Below are positions 9,848 through 19,859 of a stretch of 64,000 nucleotides of DNA, piece after piece. Source of the stretch: a virus (Duplodnaviria > Caudoviricetes). Position 1 is the first letter of the stretch. Each line of letters starts with the position of its first letter. Where the stretch lies: the IMG/VR virus record IMGVR_UViG_3300031992_002338; one strand, 5' to 3'. The notes beneath the pieces are model-generated. The model had not been told where the DNA came from. It saw only the letters and a list, made by a program, of their open reading frames with translations, and did not search any database. A program made the translations under genes and the position numbers.

Positions 9848-10201
9848 TTAAATACTATAAACCTCACAAAATTCCTCAATGGTCAAAAACTCATTAGAAT
9901 AAGGCTCTGTTCCATATTTTTTCTTGTAGAAATCATCCAATGGCTTATAGGAGTATTCATCTTCATCTAATACAAGCCTTACAGTCTCTGGATTATTCAA
10001 AGCTCTCTCCAATAAGTATGAATCAATCTTGGCTATACTAGGGAAATAATATATTAGGGTCTTTAACCTTACATACTTCCTAATATCCTCTTTCCTAAAC
10101 TTCATCAACAACTGATAGGTGTCATAAATCTTAGGTTCACCGTCAATTAACAATAACTTATCAACTTTAGCCCTTTCTACTATGCTTCTTAAATTCTCCA
10201 T
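9848..10201 (-). CDS. Hypothetical protein
   Basis: 117-aa ORF overlapping the exonuclease stop. Confidence 0.6.
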   Translation of the reverse strand: MENLRSIVERAKVDKLLLIDGEPKIYDTYQLLMKFRKEDIRKYVRLKTLIYYFPSIAKIDSYLLERALNNPETVRLVLDEDEYSYKPLDDFYKKKYGTEPYSNEFLTIEEFCEVYSI

Positions 10202-11333
10202 ATTCCCTAAAACGTTTTTTTTCCATCATAATAATTCTTCCAAAAGGAGAAAACAAACTACTAAATTTATCTTCATTTGTTAATTCTGTTAGGTCAAACT
10301 CACTTACGAGTTTATATACATTCTTTATATCTCTATCACTAGTGTCCATTATGCCATACAATTCATCAGTAAGTGACTCCCTAGCTTCATCTGTCAATAA
10401 TGGCTCTGATAAATCTATTATTTTTTGGTTAATCTCATAAAGTCTATCCCCTTGGCATCCATCTGTAGCCCCATTAACGATGTTTTCGAGCGATTTGAGA
10501 GGTTTTTTCTTGTTCTGTGCTCTCTCTTCAAGCAACTGTTTTGAACGCTCTATAATGGTGTTTAAATCGGTCTTCGTATCTTTTATCTGAGGGAACAACT
10601 TTATCAATGTCGTTTCGCCAATACCCTTAACTCCTTTTATATTGTCGGATGCATCACCACAAAGAATTTTCTCCAACACAACATTCTCATGCGTGATACC
10701 TATTTTCTCTACTGAATTATCCTTTGTAACAAAATCCTTCATTCTAGGATTGTATATAATAACTGTATCTGATATTAGCTGCGTTAGGTCTTTATCTGAT
10801 GAAACTATAACCACTTTTTCATTCGGTTTCTTATTCTTTACGTAATAGGCAATTATATCATCACCTTCAACATTCTCATATTCGTATTGCCTAACACAAA
10901 GCTCTTCAAGAATTGCATTAATAATAGACTTTTCTCTTTCAAAAGCCTCATCATCATTATCCTCTTTCTTATCTCTCATCTTCCTAGAGTAGGATAACAC
11001 CTTATTCTGGTATTCAAGTATCTTTCTATCGTAGTCACTCATATTAGGGTCATGCAGACTATAATTTTTGTCTCTATTGGCCTTATAATCCTTATAGTAC
11101 TCCCATCTTAATACCCCACTTCCAACCCCATCAAAACAAACTATACAATAATTGAAATCCTTCTTGTTTAAAATGTTACCCAACATTCTCAAAAAAGACA
11201 CAACAGCACCATATTCCTCCCCTTTGCTGTTCATTGTCTTATCAACTAAAGATATTTTTAATAGGTTATTCCCATCTACAATCACCGAATAAAATGATTC
11301 ATCCTTCTTGTTGCGCTTTGTTACTTGTTTCAT
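10167..11333 (-). CDS. 5'-3' exonuclease / flap endonuclease (T4 RNase H-like)
   Basis: IVDGNNL, YKANR, EGDDII, SSDKDL and GDASDNIKGVKGIG (H3TH) motifs. Confidence 0.9.
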   Translation of the reverse strand: MKQVTKRNKKDESFYSVIVDGNNLLKISLVDKTMNSKGEEYGAVVSFLRMLGNILNKKDFNYCIVCFDGVGSGVLRWEYYKDYKANRDKNYSLHDPNMSDYDRKILEYQNKVLSYSRKMRDKKEDNDDEAFEREKSIINAILEELCVRQYEYENVEGDDIIAYYVKNKKPNEKVVIVSSDKDLTQLISDTVIIYNPRMKDFVTKDNSVEKIGITHENVVLEKILCGDASDNIKGVKGIGETTLIKLFPQIKDTKTDLNTIIERSKQLLEERAQNKKKPLKSLENIVNGATDGCQGDRLYEINQKIIDLSEPLLTDEARESLTDELYGIMDTSDRDIKNVYKLVSEFDLTELTNEDKFSSLFSPFGRIIMMEKKRFREYGEFKKHSRKG

Positions 11334-11349
11334 AAAACCATTTTTTATG

Positions 11350-11381
11350 CAAATATATATAAAATATTGTTAAAAAACAAA
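11350..11381 (-). promoter_or_regulatory. Bacteroidota-type promoter
   Basis: TATATTTG at 11350-11357, TTTG at 11378-11381, 20-nt spacer. Confidence 0.7.
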
Positions 11382-11393
11382 AAAAGAAGAGAA

Positions 11394-11981
11394 TTAATTT
11401 CCCTTCTTTTCTTTTCTCATTTCACTTATTGGTCTTAATATATCTTGAAACCCGTCAATCTTATCTCCTATATATTCTTTACAATATGAAACACGTTGTA
11501 ATCTATTACGGTATCTGTGATTATCGTGCTCAATGGCTTTTTTATCCCTTCCTTTCCCATCAAACATCGTAGCTCTTACATTTGGATTCCTACCAAGTGC
11601 TTCACCGAATTTCCTATGTGCTGTCTTGATATACAATCTATAGTCATGGTCTTCATCAGACAAGGACTTTACAATACCACCACAGAAATTAAAAATTATT
11701 GTACTAAGTCCTAACCCTTGATAATCTTCGAGTATGACAATTCTACTTATAGAACAGCCATAAGGTATTCCTTTTCTCGGTGTATTAAGAATTCCAACAA
11801 ATCCGACTGGAATCCCTTCCCATTCAAATAACAAGCATTTACAAGACTTATTCAATTCAGCGGTCAAATAATGGCATTTTGAAAATCCTAGGCTTTTCCA
11901 CACGCTAGATTCTACTCTTCTAACAGTTAATTTTATATTGGGCCGCTCTCCTTTTTTATGGTTTATATTTACAGTTTTCAC
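11394..11981 (-). CDS. GNAT/Mom-like acetyltransferase
   Basis: HYL motif and acetyl-CoA-binding motif SRIVILEDYQGLGLS. Confidence 0.7.
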   Translation of the reverse strand: MKTVNINHKKGERPNIKLTVRRVESSVWKSLGFSKCHYLTAELNKSCKCLLFEWEGIPVGFVGILNTPRKGIPYGCSISRIVILEDYQGLGLSTIIFNFCGGIVKSLSDEDHDYRLYIKTAHRKFGEALGRNPNVRATMFDGKGRDKKAIEHDNHRYRNRLQRVSYCKEYIGDKIDGFQDILRPISEMRKEKKGN

Positions 11982-12003
11982 TAATAATATTCATTTTCTC
12001 TCA

Positions 12004-12372
12004 TTATTTTTTAGTGTGACATTCTTCACACTGCGGATATATCCAATGATTTTCTACAATTGGTTTATCTATATATTTGCCGCAAACTTCACAAGTATTA
12101 TATGATTTTTCTTCAGCATCATCAATCATTTTTCTGACAGTATTATCGTAAGAAGACAAATATATTCTAAGTTGTCCAAATTTTTCTTTCACTTGATGAA
12201 CTTCGATATTATGCTCGGCTGCATAATCCAATATAGGCTTATATAACTTTTCCCACCCTTTGCCACATTCTATGCCAAACAGCTCATAAGGCCACTTTGG
12301 TTCTACCTTTGGTCTGTTTTTACGTTCTTCTAGAAATTTTGCTCTAATCTCTTCAAATTTTTTCTTGTCCAT
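12004..12372 (-). CDS. Phage protein with C-terminal zinc ribbon
   Basis: ECGKGW, QVKEKFGQLRIY, CEVC...CEEC. Confidence 0.65.
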   Translation of the reverse strand: MDKKKFEEIRAKFLEERKNRPKVEPKWPYELFGIECGKGWEKLYKPILDYAAEHNIEVHQVKEKFGQLRIYLSSYDNTVRKMIDDAEEKSYNTCEVCGKYIDKPIVENHWIYPQCEECHTKK

Positions 12373-12661
12373 AATACAAATCTATTAAGTTATCTGCATA
12401 CATCCACCCTTTAATCTTATCCATAGGTATTTTTCTTTCACTAAATCTACCATATGAAAAAATGCCATTTTCTAACCTTGTTTTCTTGTCATAGAAGCTT
12501 TCTTTTTCAAAATCTCTATCATCAAAAAATACTTGCCAATAATCAGTAGATACATATAAGGATGTGCTACCGCTTAATCTGCCTTCTGAAAGAATTAATA
12601 CTTTTTTATACTGTTCTTCTTTCATTGGCAATTCCCCTATTTTATTCCATTTTAATTCCAT
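12353..12661 (-). CDS. Hypothetical protein (start moved to ATG 12661, MELKWNK)
   Basis: The promoter at 12666-12697 lies inside the longer ORF call, directly before this ATG. Confidence 0.6.
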   Translation of the reverse strand: MELKWNKIGELPMKEEQYKKVLILSEGRLSGSTSLYVSTDYWQVFFDDRDFEKESFYDKKTRLENGIFSYGRFSERKIPMDKIKGWMYADNLIDLYYGQEKI

Positions 12662-12665
12662 ATGG

Positions 12666-12697
12666 CAAATATATAGATATTTTTTTAAAAAAACAAA
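12666..12697 (-). promoter_or_regulatory. Bacteroidota-type promoter, possibly giving a leaderless mRNA
   Basis: TATATTTG at 12666-12673, TTTG at 12694-12697; the ATG is 4 nt after the -7 element. Confidence 0.6.
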
Positions 12698-12698
12698 A

Positions 12699-12830
12699 TC
12701 ATTTTTTGAATTTCTTAACAATTGTATCAATAGCTTCACTTAATACTTTAGGCTGTATCATTTGAATATCTGCCCCTTTTCTCCATTTATTGTGGTACTC
12801 TAATAGTCTAAGTGCCTCTTGTACGTCCAT
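12699..12830 (-). CDS. Small hypothetical protein (43 aa, below the ORF-track cutoff)
   Basis: MDVQEALRLLEYHNKWRKGADIQMIQPKVLSEAIDTIVKKFKK*; fills the gap in the operon. Confidence 0.6.
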   Translation of the reverse strand: MDVQEALRLLEYHNKWRKGADIQMIQPKVLSEAIDTIVKKFKK

Positions 12831-12833
12831 AAT

Positions 12834-13088
12834 TTATTCAATTTTCCCAACTGTTATACATTGATTATCAAATTTCTTATAAGCATCAAGATACCATCTA
12901 TTTTTATCTCCATCATATGTCATTTCATAATACATTCCATCTGGCAATGTGGTTGAAACTAAATACTTCCAATTTTGCAAAATTTTAGACTTCCAAACTG
13001 TATATACCTCAAATTGTGGTATTGGGTCGGATTTATCTAAATGCTCATTAACGTAATCTCTAACAATTTCTAATACTTTCTCATCCAT
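12834..13088 (-). CDS. DUF6275-like phage protein
   Basis: VWKSKILQNWKYLVSTTLPDGMYYEMTYDGDK...LDAYKK pattern. Confidence 0.65.
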   Translation of the reverse strand: MDEKVLEIVRDYVNEHLDKSDPIPQFEVYTVWKSKILQNWKYLVSTTLPDGMYYEMTYDGDKNRWYLDAYKKFDNQCITVGKIE

Positions 13089-13118
13089 AATTTTTTTTAA
13101 CCTTATTAAATGTTTATT

Positions 13119-13328
13119 TTAAATTATCCCAACTGTTTCAAATGCAATTTCTAATATTTCGTCTATCTCTGCATCCTCATCATTCTTGTATTTATGATTT
13201 TTACGAATGAATTCCAATGCTTCATCGTAACCATCTGCAAGTACATATACATATTTGCTTATGTCATTTCCCAAATAATACGTATTAATATGTATTTTAA
13301 AAAGTTTATGTTTCATACTATATATCAA
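13119..13328 (-). CDS. Hypothetical protein
   Basis: 69-aa ORF coupled to the upstream gene. Confidence 0.55.
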   Translation of the reverse strand: MIYSMKHKLFKIHINTYYLGNDISKYVYVLADGYDEALEFIRKNHKYKNDEDAEIDEILEIAFETVGII

Positions 13329-14731
13329 TTTATCATCCTTGCTTCGCTTAGTGCCTCAGTTTCTTTAATGGATTGGTTTGAGTTGTAGTTAGTATCATCG
13401 CTATACACCATTTTCTCTAGTTCAACATTGCCATTTTCATCCTTATGATTCAAGTTGAATATGTAATTTGGATTTAACCATTCTATTATATCAAAATGAC
13501 AACTAGCAATCACTATTTTCAAATCTTTTTGTCTCGCATATCTCTGCAAAGAAAAACTCATTGATTTAGCAGCTGCTCTGTTAACCACACTAGTGAACTC
13601 ATCTAAAATTACTATCCCACCTTTTGCATCATATATCGACTTCGCAATATCTAGTCTAGCTCGTTCTCCATTAGATAATTCGTTTGGTTTTCTAAGCCAA
13701 TTTGGAACTGATGACAAACCCACTCCGTTAAGTAAATCGCATACATCTTCTTCACTATATCCTTCAAACTGACTAATTACTGCTTTACTATAATTATATC
13801 TGATTGGTATAACATTGCCTATTTCCTTTAAAATCGTGGATTTACCGCTACCGCTTTTACCACAGATAAGCATAATATTCCAATGACTCTTATTCACTTC
13901 TTCCATATCTTCTTTTGATGGTATTGGAACTTCGGTAGTTGTAATATCCCTATTCTGTATATCATAATTATCATATAAGAATTGGGTATAATTATCATTG
14001 ACTATTTTACTTTCCAATATAATTTTATTACCATCATATTTTTTTCTTTTCTCACAAATGTTTTGTTCTTCACCGCACACAATTGTTCCATGCATATGTG
14101 CTAGTCCCATATATGTTTCCTTCTTCAATAATATATTGATTGGCTTTTCAATATAGGAATCGCTATATCTAAATGACACATCATTTATAAATTCCTTTGT
14201 TTTAACCTTTCCTTGTTCTCTAATCTTTTTATCTTGTAAAGCTAACCTATCTAATGTCCATCCCCTTTCTTCGAGAAAATCCATTATCTTTTGCCTTGAT
14301 ACCAACACCCAATCTATTTCTTTTATATTATCCTTTGTAATTAAATCAGTGTCATACCTCTCATATTCCTTATTATACGGTATATCAGCTTTTTTAATCC
14401 ATCCAAAAAGATAATACTTGGTTATTTTTGTATTGTCTATGAACCATCCACATCTTTTATCACCATTTCTACCTATAAAAGATAACTCTAATGAAAACGT
14501 ATTAAGCTCTGTGTTGGCATATCTTGCTGCCACCTTCTCATCTATCACCTCCCTATACAAAACGCCGTCAGAAGTGCTTAAAATAAGGTCAGAACCCTTT
14601 ATTTGCTCTTCTTTATCATCAGTTCTGACAAATTCTGAAAACAAATCTTTGTTTGAATAAAGCTTTTCGTCTAAAAACTTTGCAATCTCTCTTTCCACAA
14701 TCGAATCGTTTTTTCTATTGTTAATAACCAT
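13325..14731 (-). CDS. Putative nuclease-like domain fused to a soluble ABC ATPase
   Basis: N-terminal GSDLIL...IDEK (PD-(D/E)xK-like); C-terminal GKSGSGKST, LSNGE signature, ILDEF Walker B, SCH H-loop. Confidence 0.7.
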   Translation of the reverse strand: MVINNRKNDSIVEREIAKFLDEKLYSNKDLFSEFVRTDDKEEQIKGSDLILSTSDGVLYREVIDEKVAARYANTELNTFSLELSFIGRNGDKRCGWFIDNTKITKYYLFGWIKKADIPYNKEYERYDTDLITKDNIKEIDWVLVSRQKIMDFLEERGWTLDRLALQDKKIREQGKVKTKEFINDVSFRYSDSYIEKPINILLKKETYMGLAHMHGTIVCGEEQNICEKRKKYDGNKIILESKIVNDNYTQFLYDNYDIQNRDITTTEVPIPSKEDMEEVNKSHWNIMLICGKSGSGKSTILKEIGNVIPIRYNYSKAVISQFEGYSEEDVCDLLNGVGLSSVPNWLRKPNELSNGERARLDIAKSIYDAKGGIVILDEFTSVVNRAAAKSMSFSLQRYARQKDLKIVIASCHFDIIEWLNPNYIFNLNHKDENGNVELEKMVYSDDTNYNSNQSIKETEALSEARMIN

Positions 14732-14750
14732 TTTGAATTGTTAATTTTTG

Positions 14751-14782
14751 CAAAGATATAAAAAAAAGTTAAAAAAAACAAA
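14751..14782 (-). promoter_or_regulatory. Bacteroidota-type promoter
   Basis: TATCTTTG at 14751-14758, TTTG at 14779-14782. Confidence 0.7.
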
Positions 14783-14802
14783 AAAAAGTGAGAAGGAATT
14801 TC

Positions 14803-15585
14803 TCAATTCCCTCTATCTATTTCAATTTTATAATCTTTAATGTATTTGACTAATTCATCAACGTCATTAAAATAAATGTCATCGTCTTTCATATATTTAT
14901 TAAAACGTTTATCTAGGAAATATATCAGTTTAACTCCATTATTTTCGCTTAACTGTTTTTTATTATTATCTCTATCTAAAACTTTTTTAAATTCTTGTTC
15001 ACCCCCAAATGCATTAACTATTTCAAAATGCTGTCTCCCTTGGCATTCAACTGCAATATTTTGCTTTGGAATGTAAAAATCATATGAAAGTTTCCCATAT
15101 GTTGACGTTTTCATCCATTCAAAAGAAAACTGAGGTTTAAACTCGATATTATTTTTCTCAAAAATATTTTTCAATAAAGATTCTGCCCTACTTTGTTGAC
15201 AATATGGGCAACCATGATAACGAAACAAATCGTGTGGTTTACCCATAAAACTGCCATGTTTCTTGCAAATTATTTCTATTTTTGTTCTTGCATTTATATA
15301 CTCAACCCTAGATAAATCGTATTTATCGCCATATATTTCTGTGAGTCTTCTAATAACTTCTTCTTGCGGCACTCTCCTTTTTAAATGTGCATCTTTAGCT
15401 CTGCATATTGGACATCCATGATTACCAAGAAGCACACTAGGTAATGTTTCCCATTCATGCCCACAAACGTTGCATTTTACGATTCCTTTTGTGTTTCTAT
15501 TAACGTATATAAACTTAGTTAAATCCAAGTCATATTGATTCTTGGATTTAACCTCGTCTATGAATTCTTCTCTCGTCTTAGTCAT
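14803..15585 (-). CDS. Putative homing endonuclease (two zinc-ribbon repeats plus Vsr/PD-(D/E)xK-like nuclease)
   Basis: YDLSRVEY...IICKKHG...GCPYC repeats; YDFYIP...VECQGRQH; overlaps the recA stop. Confidence 0.7.
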   Translation of the reverse strand: MTKTREEFIDEVKSKNQYDLDLTKFIYVNRNTKGIVKCNVCGHEWETLPSVLLGNHGCPICRAKDAHLKRRVPQEEVIRRLTEIYGDKYDLSRVEYINARTKIEIICKKHGSFMGKPHDLFRYHGCPYCQQSRAESLLKNIFEKNNIEFKPQFSFEWMKTSTYGKLSYDFYIPKQNIAVECQGRQHFEIVNAFGGEQEFKKVLDRDNNKKQLSENNGVKLIYFLDKRFNKYMKDDDIYFNDVDELVKYIKDYKIEIDRGN

Positions 15586-16768
15586 CAGATTCCTCCTCAG
15601 AAAACTCTACCTCATTTTCATTAACATTAGAACCGCCATTTAAATTTTCTAAACTAGATAAAATGTCTTTTATGCAATCTTTCTTGTATTTATCTAATAG
15701 TTCTGGATTTAACAAACCATTATGAACGCAAGCAATTTCTCCAGTATATGTTACATTCCAAGGTGTTGGGAGTTGGTTTTTAGTTACCCTACATTTAGTT
15801 ACAATTCCATATTGGTATTTTTCACCTTTTGCAGTTGCTTCTAGTTTTTTCACTGATGCCTTACCAATACCTCCCATATGGATAACTAACCTTGCCCCAT
15901 AAAACATAGTCTTTCCTCCTTTAAGTTCTATACTTGGTGCAGCACCTGGCATACTTCCCATTGAATCTGACCATATCTTATTCACACAGAAAAATGTATT
16001 TGTATAATGTTCACTAACTTTTCTTGATGATGGTATTCTATTGTTTATAATCGAATTAAACGACTCAGACATCGCACCTGCGTTGAACATATTATTATTT
16101 CTCTTAGATGCATAAGATTTAAATGATTCTATAGAGCCAATTGAATCCCAAATAAAACACAACGGCTTCGTTATTTTGCCCTCATCTTGATAATCAAGAA
16201 ATTCATTTATTGCATACGCAATATCCTCAAGAACTGCAACTTTACGTTTTTGTTTAGATTTCCCACCAGTTGAATAATCATTGTCACCGTATCTGTCTGC
16301 TAGTATTTTATTATCCATATATATGAAATCCCCATCATAGTCTATAATACGATTTTCAGTGTGATAGGTAATCTCCCCAGTCTCCTCATCTACATCTTCA
16401 ACTTCCACATCACCATAAACTGGCGTTGCTTTCATCCCACAATCTATGGCATATTTGAAATCAAAATTACCCTCTGTCTCAAATATAATTGGCATTATCC
16501 CATTATTGATACAACTTGCAATTAGGCAGTTTTTAATTGTTGATTTACCAGTATTAGACCATCCAGTTACAATGGTTAAATATCCCATAGGAATTCCTGG
16601 AAGTTTAAGCGCATCTGCAAAAGCTTGTGGTAGCGCAATAAATTCTGTTGGTTTCTCTGCTGCTGATTTAACTAAATCATCATTCGACTTAACAGTTAAG
16701 CCTATCTGTTCTTTAAAACTTTTAATATCAAACTTTTTGAATTCCTTTTTCTTAATAGGTTGTTTCAT
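15578..16768 (-). CDS. recA: RecA/UvsX-like recombinase
   Basis: Walker A GWSNTGKST, FETEG, IWDSIGS Walker B, KGGK, KN motif. Confidence 0.82.
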   Translation of the reverse strand: MKQPIKKKEFKKFDIKSFKEQIGLTVKSNDDLVKSAAEKPTEFIALPQAFADALKLPGIPMGYLTIVTGWSNTGKSTIKNCLIASCINNGIMPIIFETEGNFDFKYAIDCGMKATPVYGDVEVEDVDEETGEITYHTENRIIDYDGDFIYMDNKILADRYGDNDYSTGGKSKQKRKVAVLEDIAYAINEFLDYQDEGKITKPLCFIWDSIGSIESFKSYASKRNNNMFNAGAMSESFNSIINNRIPSSRKVSEHYTNTFFCVNKIWSDSMGSMPGAAPSIELKGGKTMFYGARLVIHMGGIGKASVKKLEATAKGEKYQYGIVTKCRVTKNQLPTPWNVTYTGEIACVHNGLLNPELLDKYKKDCIKDILSSLENLNGGSNVNENEVEFSEEESDD

Positions 16769-16809
16769 AACTATTTATAAATTTACGTAAATTATTCATT
16801 TTTTGTTTT

Positions 16810-17865
16810 TTAACATTTATTTAAGATTTCCTTTAATTGTGCAAAATGTTTATCTCTTTCTATTATTTGTTTTGCATCTATATCATAGATTTTATTTTTT
16901 CTTCCAAAATCGTCAAATGCCTTATTAATTGTTCTCATAAAGATACGCCTTATGTATTCGTACATAGATGAGACTTTGAATTTCAACTTAACGAATGCTG
17001 ATTCTAGATTAATATCCCCCAATTTTGCTAATTTTATATATATCAATCCTAACTCTATTTCTTTGTTTTTATCTTGTTTATTATAAATTATATCATCAAT
17101 ATAGCTAAGATATTTTTGCACTGAAACCAATTTATCATATAAAGGAAAATCTTTTAAATAATCAACAAAATTATCTCTTGTTATTTTTTCGTTCTGCCTT
17201 ATAAATTCATAAAGCCTATTAGATTCGCTTATAATTTCATTTTTGCTAATATTGTAAAGCGAATAAACCATTTTATAATCATCATCCGAACTATTACCAA
17301 AAGCCATTAATTTTATCCAATTGCCATATTTTGATGATATTTCTTTTTCATTGGCAATATAACTATTATTTGATATGCAAATGTTGTAGAACCTAAACGC
17401 ATGATGAAGTTCATGAGCCATGCCCATAAAAAATTCGTTTTTACTTTCATTTGTTCTCAAATCATCATTTGTAATCCCAATTGTTATTTTCACATCATCT
17501 AATTTCAAATCTTTGGAAATTTTAGCATTGTCATAATCATTGATAAAATAACTTCCATGATAATTTAAGCCTTTTTTACTAGCCAATACATTAATATTAA
17601 CCGTTTTAATAAAGCACTCTGTTTTAATTTCATAATTCCTCAATCTATAAATTAAATATGAAATCTTCGAATCATAAGGCATTCCTTTTACTTTTATTAA
17701 TTCACCATAAATTTCATCAATTATCATATAATAATTGTCTATAATTCCTTGGCTTTCTCTTAAAAATTTTAATGATGGCGTTTCAGTTTTAAAAACGTCA
17801 CTTTCTGTTAATAAGAAATCTTCAAATAAATCATATATTGTATGTTTATTATAAAAATCACCCAT
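16810..17865 (-). CDS. Hypothetical protein with HExxH zincin motif and LxE-rich N-terminus
   Basis: MAHELHHAF; N-terminal LLTES and FLRES. Confidence 0.6.
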   Translation of the reverse strand: MGDFYNKHTIYDLFEDFLLTESDVFKTETPSLKFLRESQGIIDNYYMIIDEIYGELIKVKGMPYDSKISYLIYRLRNYEIKTECFIKTVNINVLASKKGLNYHGSYFINDYDNAKISKDLKLDDVKITIGITNDDLRTNESKNEFFMGMAHELHHAFRFYNICISNNSYIANEKEISSKYGNWIKLMAFGNSSDDDYKMVYSLYNISKNEIISESNRLYEFIRQNEKITRDNFVDYLKDFPLYDKLVSVQKYLSYIDDIIYNKQDKNKEIELGLIYIKLAKLGDINLESAFVKLKFKVSSMYEYIRRIFMRTINKAFDDFGRKNKIYDIDAKQIIERDKHFAQLKEILNKC

Positions 17866-17867
17866 AT

Positions 17868-18476
17868 CTATTTACTGATTTTATCTCTAACTTTATCTTT
17901 CCAACATTTCCTACAAATGGCTCTGTATCTATCGTTTCCACCAATTTCAACTTGGCTACCTTCCGTAACAATTTCTCCATTCTCATCGAATCTTGCGTTT
18001 ATTGATGTCTTTCTATCACCACATTCACAAGTCGATTTAATCTCTTCAATGTCATCAGCAAGCTCAAAAAGACGTTTTGAACCTGGAAATAGCTGTGATT
18101 TAAAATCAGTTCTCAAGCCAAAACACATAACGCTGACATCTAGAAAATCAACCACATCTGATAATTGATTCACTTGGTCTTCAGTTAGGAATTGGCATTC
18201 ATCAATGATAACCCATTTAAGTGTTTCAAACTGTGCAGCCAAAACATTTTTATAAGCCTTGATTGCCTTGTATAGGTTCATATCTTTATCAATCATCACA
18301 CATTTGCGCTCAAGACCTGCTCTAGAACGTATAATTCCTTCACCATCCCTTGTATCTAGTGCTGGCTTCAGAACCATTATCTGTACATTCTTTTCTTCAA
18401 AATTATAGGCTGTGCTCAATAGCCTCAGTGTTTTAGCTGAAGCCATTGAGCCATAATAATAGAATAATTTACTCAT
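17868..18476 (-). CDS. tdk: Thymidine kinase
   Basis: GSMASAKT, IIDECQF, FGLRTDF, zinc-binding CECG...CRKC. Confidence 0.93.
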   Translation of the reverse strand: MSKLFYYYGSMASAKTLRLLSTAYNFEEKNVQIMVLKPALDTRDGEGIIRSRAGLERKCVMIDKDMNLYKAIKAYKNVLAAQFETLKWVIIDECQFLTEDQVNQLSDVVDFLDVSVMCFGLRTDFKSQLFPGSKRLFELADDIEEIKSTCECGDRKTSINARFDENGEIVTEGSQVEIGGNDRYRAICRKCWKDKVRDKISK

Positions 18477-18502
18477 CTGTTCATATTAATCGTAACATTG
18501 CC

Positions 18503-18691
18503 TTATTTAATCTCCTTACATGAGAACTCTGCATACGGTATCTCATCGTCCTCGTATTCCTCATCTTTCCAAGCCTCGTACTCACCTATAAACTCATTTT
18601 TCATAAAATCAACTGCTGTTTCGTAGTGATTTTCAGAAATAATGTGCATTGAGTCACCGCTATCACTTTTAAAATAATAAGAATATTTCAT
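18503..18691 (-). CDS. Small acidic hypothetical protein
   Basis: 62-aa ORF between SSB and tdk. Confidence 0.55.
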   Translation of the reverse strand: MKYSYYFKSDSGDSMHIISENHYETAVDFMKNEFIGEYEAWKDEEYEDDEIPYAEFSCKEIK

Positions 18692-18705
18692 AACATTTTT
18701 ACACT

Positions 18706-19722
18706 TTAGAATGGCAAGTCCTCTTCCTCTTGAGCTTCCTCTGCCTTAGTTTCTGCTGTCATGGTAGTACCATCTATAATAATGCCATTACCGTTTATTG
18801 CTGAGTAATCTTTCGTTTCCTCTGTAAGTTCTTCTTCGATTCTCTTTTTCTCAGCCTCTTCCTTAATCTTATTCATTTCCTCCTTGTCAACATATTTGTT
18901 AAGTTCCTTGTTGAACACTGGAATGCCACCTTGTGCAATAATTGCCATGTAATCGTAAGACTTAACGGTATATACATCATACCAGTTCTTATCGTCTTGA
19001 ATCCATTCCATTCCAAGGTCAAAATCGTCAGTTAAAGGTGATGGGAATCCGTCATCTACAATCTGGATTGACGTCTTATTGTCTGCTGTCTTTGTAAGTG
19101 TAACAATAAGGTCAAGTCCATTGTTAAGGTCGAAAATACTGTAATTGTTTCCCTTTCTTGCAGCAGCTTCGGCACGAATCTTCGCAAGGTTCATAATTTT
19201 GTCGTAAACTCCGTCCTTCTTCTTTGAAGAGTTGAAGAGCCAAAATTTAACGCCATCTTCCTCGTGGTCACGTTCAATACAACGCACAATCCACATTTCC
19301 TTAACCTTGTTAAGGAATTCGATGTCACCGTATCTCTTCTTTGTACTCTCATCTAATGCTTTTGACTTTAACTCCTTTGCCTTTGCTGATGTCTCGCAGA
19401 AAGGACAACTGTCACCCATTACATCACCATCTTTCTTGTTGTGCGTAGGGCATACAAAAGTCTTCCAGCCGTTAGGTGCGACTTCTTTATTTACCTTTAC
19501 GGTGTGCATAAAAACTTTTTTGAAAGGACTACCGCCTTCTGGGGAGAAGGGTAGCAAACGAATTGTTAAGGTTTTTGATGTTTCCTTGTCACCCAATCTA
19601 GCTTGTAAATAATTCTTCTCGTTAAATTGAGTTTTTTTAGGTGTAAAAGTTTTTTGTTCTTGTTCATACTGATTTTTCACAGCTTCTGCGTCAATGTTAA
19701 CGCTAAAATTTTTGTTGTTCAT
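18706..19722 (-). CDS. Single-stranded DNA-binding protein (T4 gp32-like)
   Basis: IRLLP, zinc site H/C...CPFC, acidic C-terminus EEEDLPF; near recA. Confidence 0.8.
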   Translation of the reverse strand: MNNKNFSVNIDAEAVKNQYEQEQKTFTPKKTQFNEKNYLQARLGDKETSKTLTIRLLPFSPEGGSPFKKVFMHTVKVNKEVAPNGWKTFVCPTHNKKDGDVMGDSCPFCETSAKAKELKSKALDESTKKRYGDIEFLNKVKEMWIVRCIERDHEEDGVKFWLFNSSKKKDGVYDKIMNLAKIRAEAAARKGNNYSIFDLNNGLDLIVTLTKTADNKTSIQIVDDGFPSPLTDDFDLGMEWIQDDKNWYDVYTVKSYDYMAIIAQGGIPVFNKELNKYVDKEEMNKIKEEAEKKRIEEELTEETKDYSAINGNGIIIDGTTMTAETKAEEAQEEEDLPF

Positions 19723-19787
19723 AAATTGAATGTTGTTAAAAAAATTATTTTACATGCACGTCAGAACGTGCTTAAAAGTTTACAATG

Positions 19788-19818
19788 CAAATATATAAAA
19801 AAAAATTGAAAAAACAAA
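19788..19818 (-). promoter_or_regulatory. Bacteroidota-type promoter for the SSB-tdk-recA operon
   Basis: TATATTTG at 19788-19795, TTTG at 19815-19818, 19-nt spacer. Confidence 0.65.
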
Positions 19819-19819
19819 A

Positions 19820-19854
19820 AAAATCCTAGTTTATTCCCAGTAAACTAGGATTTT
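19820..19854 (-). terminator. Intrinsic terminator
   Basis: AAAATCCTAGTTTA-N7-TAAACTAGGATTTT followed by a T-run on the minus strand. Confidence 0.75.
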
Positions 19855-19859
19855 CTATA

